Shown here: in pieces, positions 58,282 through 64,000 of the stretch
How positions within the stretch are numbered: the stretch's first letter is position 1
Layout of the letters: the number at the start of each line of letters is the position of its first letter
Translations under genes and position numbers: made by a program
Notes under the pieces: generated by a model
The model's database searches: none
Told to the model about the DNA's origin: nothing
The model's input: the letters and a program-made list of their open reading frames with translations, nothing else
From: an uncultured virus (IMG/VR IMGVR_UViG_3300024261_000008)
Lineage: Duplodnaviria > Heunggongvirae > Uroviricota > Caudoviricetes
Length of the DNA: 64,000 nt
Reading direction: 5' to 3' (one strand)
IMG/VR virus record: IMGVR_UViG_3300024261_000008
Coordinates: 1 to 64,000 of that record

Positions 58282-59310
58282 GTGGATGAAGAAAGAAGAA
58301 AAACATCTCTAGTACACAGACTCTTATCAGGCACTCTTATATTCCGCGAGGAAGATAGGATTTTGGAGTTAATATCTCCAAGCCTCGATGTCAAGCTATT
58401 ATCAGATGTGGTTTATGAAGAACACTACCAAGACAATATTTATGATTTTATTCTAAAAGAAGATGTGAGACCTCTGTTGTTAAAGGCCGAACTTATTGGA
58501 CATTTTTATGACAAAGATTTGGAAAGAATAATTAAGAAAATCGAAAAAATAAAAATACAACTTTTTTTAAATTATTGGGACAGAACTAAAACTAAAAGAA
58601 ACAGAGCGGCATTGAAACATGCTAAAAAGTCACAGATTGATCTGATGACAAAAGGAATGTCCTTCGATCATTTAACCTTAGAACATTTTTGCAATATGGA
58701 AGCAGTTAAATATCAAATATCTAGAACTTTAAGAGACCACGAAACAAAACAACCTGTACTTACTCCAGACTCTAACAAAATAGATTACGAGAAGTATTTA
58801 CATATAATAAATCAGCACACACTAGAACTAAACACTATTAGAAAAGTCGCTAGAAGCGAATATTGGAAAGGATACTTTCTATCAAATGAACACAACGTAT
58901 TTGGCAAGAGTGTAGGAGACCTTAATCCTGAACAACTTTCTCTGTTAACTACTACAAGAATGTATACTAGGATCGCAGAACATACAGATGCACCGAATGA
59001 GACTATATTAAATGATGATGATGCTTTAGATGGTTGGGTCTTACATCAAACTGAAAAAGCCTTAGAAGAAAAGAAAAAGGGAGATAAAAAAGATAGTAAG
59101 ATAGGTAACGCTCAAGAAGTTTTTTATATGGCAGAAAACCAAGAACAAAGAGAAGATATTTTAGCACTTAATACACAGGCATCAGAACAGATACAGAAGA
59201 ACAGAATGAACCAAGTAATGAATACGACAGAAGCAATAGACTCAGCAGATTTTCAGGACGTAAGACAAGAACTGAATGAAGCAGTCGCAAATAAACAGAA
59301 GAGGGTATGA
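58282..59310 (+). CDS. Putative tail assembly chaperone (long paralog)
   Basis: Between tube and TMP; N-half aligns by eye with 59620..60516. Confidence 0.55.
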   Translation: MDEERRKTSLVHRLLSGTLIFREEDRILELISPSLDVKLLSDVVYEEHYQDNIYDFILKEDVRPLLLKAELIGHFYDKDLERIIKKIEKIKIQLFLNYWDRTKTKRNRAALKHAKKSQIDLMTKGMSFDHLTLEHFCNMEAVKYQISRTLRDHETKQPVLTPDSNKIDYEKYLHIINQHTLELNTIRKVARSEYWKGYFLSNEHNVFGKSVGDLNPEQLSLLTTTRMYTRIAEHTDAPNETILNDDDALDGWVLHQTEKALEEKKKGDKKDSKIGNAQEVFYMAENQEQREDILALNTQASEQIQKNRMNQVMNTTEAIDSADFQDVRQELNEAVANKQKRV

Positions 59311-59618
59311 TTATGTCTAATGAAGATGTGGAACAACTGATTAGAAAAAGAATACAAACAACTATGATTGGAGCATTAGCAAGATTTGAAGAAAACTTTG
59401 GACATTTATGGGGGCATTACAAAGACCCTAGCGAACCATTGACTTCAGAAGAAGAAAAGTTTGCAGACACTTGGGACTATACCAGAAATCAAATTCTTAA
59501 CCAAGGAAATAGTCAGATAAGAAACTTATCTAAGGACTTGCAAAATGCCATAAGCGGCAACAGCAATCAAACTCGTTATCAATATAATTTCGGAAAACCT
59601 AGAGAGAAAAGAGGATAA
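59307..59618 (+). CDS. Hypothetical protein in the tail assembly block
   Basis: ATGA overlap; 103 aa. Confidence 0.7.
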   Translation: MIMSNEDVEQLIRKRIQTTMIGALARFEENFGHLWGHYKDPSEPLTSEEEKFADTWDYTRNQILNQGNSQIRNLSKDLQNAISGNSNQTRYQYNFGKPREKRG

Positions 59619-59619
59619 T

Positions 59620-60516
59620 ATGAATACTTATGATTTTAAAGCAACTGTAGATGGAAAAGAATGTGAGTTTACCGTTATGAGTCCATCTAACTTCCATTAT
59701 ACTGAAGCACAGAAAGTGTATAATCATGCTTTTAGTGATGCGGTTAAGTCTAATGCCATCGTTAGAGCAAAAATGGAAGATGTTCTTCGGGATCAGGGAC
59801 TATGGGATGACAAGAAAGAATCTGAGTATACTCAGATTGTACAAGAAATAGCTAATGGTGAAAGACTTTTGAAAAAGGGTGGAATTAAGCTATCTGAGGC
59901 TAAAAATTTGGCTATGGAGATGGCAGATAAACGGTCAAAGCTACGTGAATTGATCTCTGTTAGGACAAGTTTAGACAACCAGAGTGCTGAAGGTCAAGCC
60001 GATAACTCTAAATTTAATTATCTAGTATCAGCTTGTGTGGTGTATAAAAGTAATAATCAGCCCTATTTCAAGTCTCTTGAAGAATATCTAAGTAGTAATG
60101 CTTCAGAAGTCTCTAATACAGGTGCTAAACTTTTGGCTAATATGTTATATGGACTTGAAGACGACTTTGAGAAGAAACTACCAGAAAACAGGTTTCTTAA
60201 AAAGTATAATTTTGTAAACGATGATTTACAGTTGGTAAACAAAGAAGGTCATATTGTTGATAGAGAAGGCAGACTTATTGATAAGTTTGGCAGATATGTT
60301 AATGAGAAGGGCGACTATGTTGATAGACAAGGGAATTTGATTGATGATGACGGGGATTATATTGTCGATGAGCATCCTTTCTTAGATGATGATGGCGAAC
60401 CCATTCTAGAAGAAAAGACACAAGAAACCCCAACAGAAGAACAGCAGGATGAAGAGAAAACCAAACCTGTCGCAAAAAAACCTCGTCAGAAAAAAGCTAC
60501 TGCTGAAGCAGAGTAG
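59620..60516 (+). CDS. Putative tail assembly chaperone
   Basis: Directly upstream of TMP; helical core plus 7-aa (V/I)(D/N)xxG repeats. Confidence 0.6.
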   Translation: MNTYDFKATVDGKECEFTVMSPSNFHYTEAQKVYNHAFSDAVKSNAIVRAKMEDVLRDQGLWDDKKESEYTQIVQEIANGERLLKKGGIKLSEAKNLAMEMADKRSKLRELISVRTSLDNQSAEGQADNSKFNYLVSACVVYKSNNQPYFKSLEEYLSSNASEVSNTGAKLLANMLYGLEDDFEKKLPENRFLKKYNFVNDDLQLVNKEGHIVDREGRLIDKFGRYVNEKGDYVDRQGNLIDDDGDYIVDEHPFLDDDGEPILEEKTQETPTEEQQDEEKTKPVAKKPRQKKATAEAE

Positions 60517-60560
60517 TGTTAATGTACACATGATGTCATTAGGATTATAGGAGAACCAAT

Positions 60561-63500
60561 ATGGCATCATTTGATATAACCGCACAAATAAACCTAAGAG
60601 GCCCAAGCAATGTTAAGCAAATTGCTGCGGATATTCGTAGGCAATTATCAAATATTAAGTCTACGGTTAATCTTAAACTTGATCCTAAGACTGTTCAAAA
60701 TGTTGCGATTGTTAATAAAAACTTTAGGGCCTTGAATGCTACTTTAGCAGCAAGCAAAGGAAATATTAATGCTGTAAGCACAGCGTTCAATAATCTAAAC
60801 AAATCAATGGCGAGTTTGTCAACAAGTAGTAAGAATGCTGCTAATAGTGTTAAGTCTGTTGCAACAGCTGCTAAAACTGCCACGGCTGCTACCCAATCCC
60901 TACAAAAGGGTGCTCAAAGTGCAGGTACTGCTGCCAGTAACTTAGGAGCAGAAGTTGCTTCCGGTGCAAGAAAGTTTCTAGTATTCAGTGGAGTCTCTAC
61001 ACTTATTAATGCTGTAACTTCAAGCATTGCTCAGGGAGTCGGTGCTTTTGTTGAATATGAACGAGAACTTGCCAAGGTTCAGCAAGTTACAAACGCTACA
61101 TCAGGAGGTTTATCCAAACTTTCTAAAGATATACAAGAAGCTGCTGTGAGCACAGGAGCAGCAGCCACTGAACTAGCTAAAGTCTCTGTGGTCTTATCAC
61201 AGGCAGGCTTATCTGCTAGAGAAACAAGTGAAGCCTTGCAGACTCTAGCAAAGACTACTTTGGCTCCTACGTTTGGAGACATTACTGATACTACAGAAGG
61301 TGCAATCGCTATTTTGCGTCAGTTTAAATTAGAGACCTCTGAATTAGAAACAGCACTAGGAAGTATCAATGCTGTTGCAGGTGCATTTGCTGTTAGTGCT
61401 TCAGACATCATCACAGCTGTAAAACAGGCAGGTGCTGTTTTTGCAAGTTCTAGTCAAGGAGTTAGCGAGGGTACAGACGCACTCAATGAGTTTATTGCTG
61501 TCTTTACTAGTGTTAGACAGACCACGAGAGAAAGTGCAGAGACTATCGGTACTGGTCTTAAAACCATTGTTACCAGACTACAGAGACTAGATACTATTCA
61601 ATCTCTTAAACAATTTGGGATTCAGTTAACAGACCTAGAAGGTAAGTTTGTTGGTCCTTTTGAAGCCATTAAAAGACTGAGTGAAGGACTACAGGCTTTT
61701 GATCCAAGAGATGTTAGATTTGGTGCTATCATTGAAGAACTTGGTGGTTTTCGTCAGGTAGGTAAGGTTATCCCTCTTATTCAGCAATTTGCTGTTGCTC
61801 AGGAAGCATTAAACGTAGCCAGAGAAGGTGGAACCTCCATTACTGATCAACAGATTATAGCAGAACGTACATTGTCTGTTCAATTACAAAAAACTGCTGC
61901 TAACTTTCAAGCATTTATAACAGGAGTTGCAGAAAGCGATGCTTTTCAAGGTATTACTAAAGGACTGCTTGGTTTTGTTAATGCTTTAATAAGTTTAGCA
62001 GACATACTTAAAGATGTTATACCAGTACTTGCTGCTCTTGCAGCTAATGCCGCTATACCTGCAATAGCACAGTTTGCAGGTGGCTTTGGAGCAAAACTAT
62101 TAGGTAAAAACAAAGGAGGAGCAGTTCCTCATCATTTTGCTAGAGGAGGCTATGTTCCGGGTTCTGGAGATCGAGATACTGTACCAGCAATGTTGACTCC
62201 GGGCGAGTTTGTTATACGCAAGAAAGCAGTACAAGCTATTGGAACCGATAAACTCTCAGCAATGAATGGAGGCCAAGGTGCAGCTATTGCTACACAGGCT
62301 AAAAATAAGGGTGGCATGATTCAACACTTTGCTGAAGGAGGAACAGTAAGCGTTGACTATGCTAAGAAAAAACCTAGTGCATCAAAAGAAAGAGAACTTA
62401 TAGGAAACAACCTTGTTCAATCTGTTAACTCTCTAGCTAGTTACTATGACCCAGAATCAAAACAATTATCCAGTAGGAAAAGTCCTAAAAATCTGCCTAA
62501 TTATGCTGGTATAGTAGGAGGAATATTTGAGTCAGCAGTTGAACTTGTAGCAGGACAATCAGACAAACAAAAAAACGAAGCTGTTTGGGATTACCCATCA
62601 GGGATCGGAAGTACTGATTTGTTTAATAATGTTCCGGGCCTAGGTGTTCCTACAGACGCTAAAAAAAGTGCTACGACCGCAACAGTTAGAAAGAAGCTAA
62701 AAGCACACTACAGAAACGCACAAGGTACTGATCTCAATCGTAAAAAATTTGGTATTGTTGCATTCGGCAAAGGCGAAGACTACGAGTATCAATTTGATCC
62801 TGAAGCAATCAAACAAGAAGTGGCTCCACAAAGAGCCGCAAAAGCACAAAAAGCAAATCGTGGTGGTTTGATTCAACATTTCCAAGATGGAGACCTTGTT
62901 GTTGCTGGATCAGGTAGAGTCACACAAAAAGATATTAAGGAAGCAACTTCTGGACAATTAAATAGTGCTCTACAAAACCCTAAAGTCAATGCAAAAAGTC
63001 GTGCCGCTATTCAAAACGAACTCCAACAAAGAGAAACAGCAAACAATGCGACTAACGTAGCTGTTGTTGGTATCTTACCGTTGGGGTATTCAAAAGATTA
63101 TCCTCCACAGCCTCTTGGTGGAGAGAACGTAAAAATATCTTCTAGGGGACTACCTAAAGCTAAAGAAGAGGCTTTTCTTAATATAGCAGAAGGTCTTAGA
63201 GGAGTTGTACAGACTGCTGCTGTAGAGATTGGAGGTTCAGCAAAGCCACTTACTCCTGAACAAGAAAAATCAACTGGATTAGAAAATGTGCAAGGAACTA
63301 TTTTTGAAGCAGTTCTTTCAGCATTAGGAGCAACTGGAGGATCAATACAAAATCAATCTATGGATTACGCTAATGGACTTGGACCTGCTGCTTCCTTATA
63401 TCCGGGCATTGGTCCAGATTGGCCTACGGAAGTCAAACGTGATGTTACTGGTCCCGGTTTCACTAGAAGTAAAAAGAATATTGCTAATTTCTATAGTGCA

Positions 63501-64000
63501 CAAAAGTTTGCTGAAGGAGGAAAAGTTAAATCTAAAGGTGGGCTCGGAATTAAAACTACCGGAGGTAATACGATTACTTCTGTGTTTGAGGATGGACAAA
63601 GTAGTTCTGGTGAAGTTGTAGCAAAAAGTATAGGCCAGAATTTATTTGCAGTTCTGTCATCTCAAGTGTCTGGTGGTGGAGGCAGGGCCTTATATGATTC
63701 TGCTATGAAACAAGCAACGAGTCAGGGAGGTAGTTTAACTTCAGACAGAAGCAGAGTTAGTAGTTCTGCTTTAAGTAGAATTTGGACTACTTATTTTAAT
63801 AAAGGAACAAGTAAAGACGGGAAGAAAGTTTCCAAGAAGCCTGTACCAGACAACATGCTTTATACTGGTGCATTTTTTGATGAGTCTGATTATCCAAGCC
63901 CTAATCCTGCATCTTGGCAAGGTCAAGCTGTACCTTTGCAATACGCTTATAAACAATTTGCTGATGGTGGAGCAGCATCAGGAGGGGATACAGTTCCCGC
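60561..64000 (+). CDS. Tape measure protein (TP901-type core), 3' end beyond the window, with appended cargo-like modules
   Basis: Not in the ORF track because it has no stop. AGGAGA RBS; MASFDITAQINLRGP...; EYERELAKVQQVT, LSQAG, RESAETIGTGLKTI core; frame open to 64000. Confidence 0.93.
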   Translation, partial: MASFDITAQINLRGPSNVKQIAADIRRQLSNIKSTVNLKLDPKTVQNVAIVNKNFRALNATLAASKGNINAVSTAFNNLNKSMASLSTSSKNAANSVKSVATAAKTATAATQSLQKGAQSAGTAASNLGAEVASGARKFLVFSGVSTLINAVTSSIAQGVGAFVEYERELAKVQQVTNATSGGLSKLSKDIQEAAVSTGAAATELAKVSVVLSQAGLSARETSEALQTLAKTTLAPTFGDITDTTEGAIAILRQFKLETSELETALGSINAVAGAFAVSASDIITAVKQAGAVFASSSQGVSEGTDALNEFIAVFTSVRQTTRESAETIGTGLKTIVTRLQRLDTIQSLKQFGIQLTDLEGKFVGPFEAIKRLSEGLQAFDPRDVRFGAIIEELGGFRQVGKVIPLIQQFAVAQEALNVAREGGTSITDQQIIAERTLSVQLQKTAANFQAFITGVAESDAFQGITKGLLGFVNALISLADILKDVIPVLAALAANAAIPAIAQFAGGFGAKLLGKNKGGAVPHHFARGGYVPGSGDRDTVPAMLTPGEFVIRKKAVQAIGTDKLSAMNGGQGAAIATQAKNKGGMIQHFAEGGTVSVDYAKKKPSASKERELIGNNLVQSVNSLASYYDPESKQLSSRKSPKNLPNYAGIVGGIFESAVELVAGQSDKQKNEAVWDYPSGIGSTDLFNNVPGLGVPTDAKKSATTATVRKKLKAHYRNAQGTDLNRKKFGIVAFGKGEDYEYQFDPEAIKQEVAPQRAAKAQKANRGGLIQHFQDGDLVVAGSGRVTQKDIKEATSGQLNSALQNPKVNAKSRAAIQNELQQRETANNATNVAVVGILPLGYSKDYPPQPLGGENVKISSRGLPKAKEEAFLNIAEGLRGVVQTAAVEIGGSAKPLTPEQEKSTGLENVQGTIFEAVLSALGATGGSIQNQSMDYANGLGPAASLYPGIGPDWPTEVKRDVTGPGFTRSKKNIANFYSAQKFAEGGKVKSKGGLGIKTTGGNTITSVFEDGQSSSGEVVAKSIGQNLFAVLSSQVSGGGGRALYDSAMKQATSQGGSLTSDRSRVSSSALSRIWTTYFNKGTSKDGKKVSKKPVPDNMLYTGAFFDESDYPSPNPASWQGQAVPLQYAYKQFADGGAASGGDTVP

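Larger units (their letters stand above)
1..64000. mobile_element. Segment of a large tailed phage genome (early mini-genes, packaging, head, fibre, neck and tail modules)
   Basis: Canonical order TerL-portal-protease/scaffold-capsid ... neck-tail tube-chaperones-tape measure. Dense, overlapping co-oriented genes. No host housekeeping genes and no integrase in the window. Confidence 0.97.

Noticed and set aside
54647..60516. Contractile tail sheath gene
   Set aside because: No sheath-sized or sheath-like ORF between the neck and TMP genes in this window.
60470..60561. -1 frameshift at the A7 run fusing the chaperone to the TMP
   Set aside because: The TMP frame has a TGA at 60504, before its ATG.
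1..64000. Stop-codon reassignment and tRNA genes
   Set aside because: Genes tile densely under the standard code using TAA, TAG and TGA. I recognised no cloverleaf in the short intergenic gaps (tRNAscan not run).

Overview
The whole window is part of the genome of a large, AT-rich tailed phage (Caudoviricetes). It looks siphovirus-like: a tail tube and a TP901-type tape measure are present, and no sheath gene is seen in the window. Positions 1-2.7 kb hold small minus-strand genes, several missed by the ORF track, with sigma70 promoters and five sigma54-type GG-N10-GC elements. From 2.75 kb everything is on the plus strand. First come a phage sigma-like factor, a TerS-like protein, GDP-mannose 4,6-dehydratase, HNH and ERCC4 nucleases, TerL, portal, prohead protease with a nested scaffold, a decoration protein and the major capsid protein. 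Then follows a ~41 kb block of modular fibre/adhesin genes (including 1414, 2217 and ~4819 aa proteins), neck and tail-completion genes, the tail tube and chaperones. The window ends in a tape measure gene (60561 to beyond the end) that is absent from the ORF track. Best leads: (1) the tape measure continues as a polyprotein of FAxGG-delimited modules, two PD-(D/E)xK nuclease-like and one GNAT-like; (2) the cluster of sigma54-type sites in the early region; (3) three stand-alone copies of a fibre-tip domain sharing an N-terminal peptide, matched by three candidate socket domains; (4) a phage sigma with a candidate (G/A)GTGTA late promoter. All family assignments come from reading motifs by eye; no searches were run.
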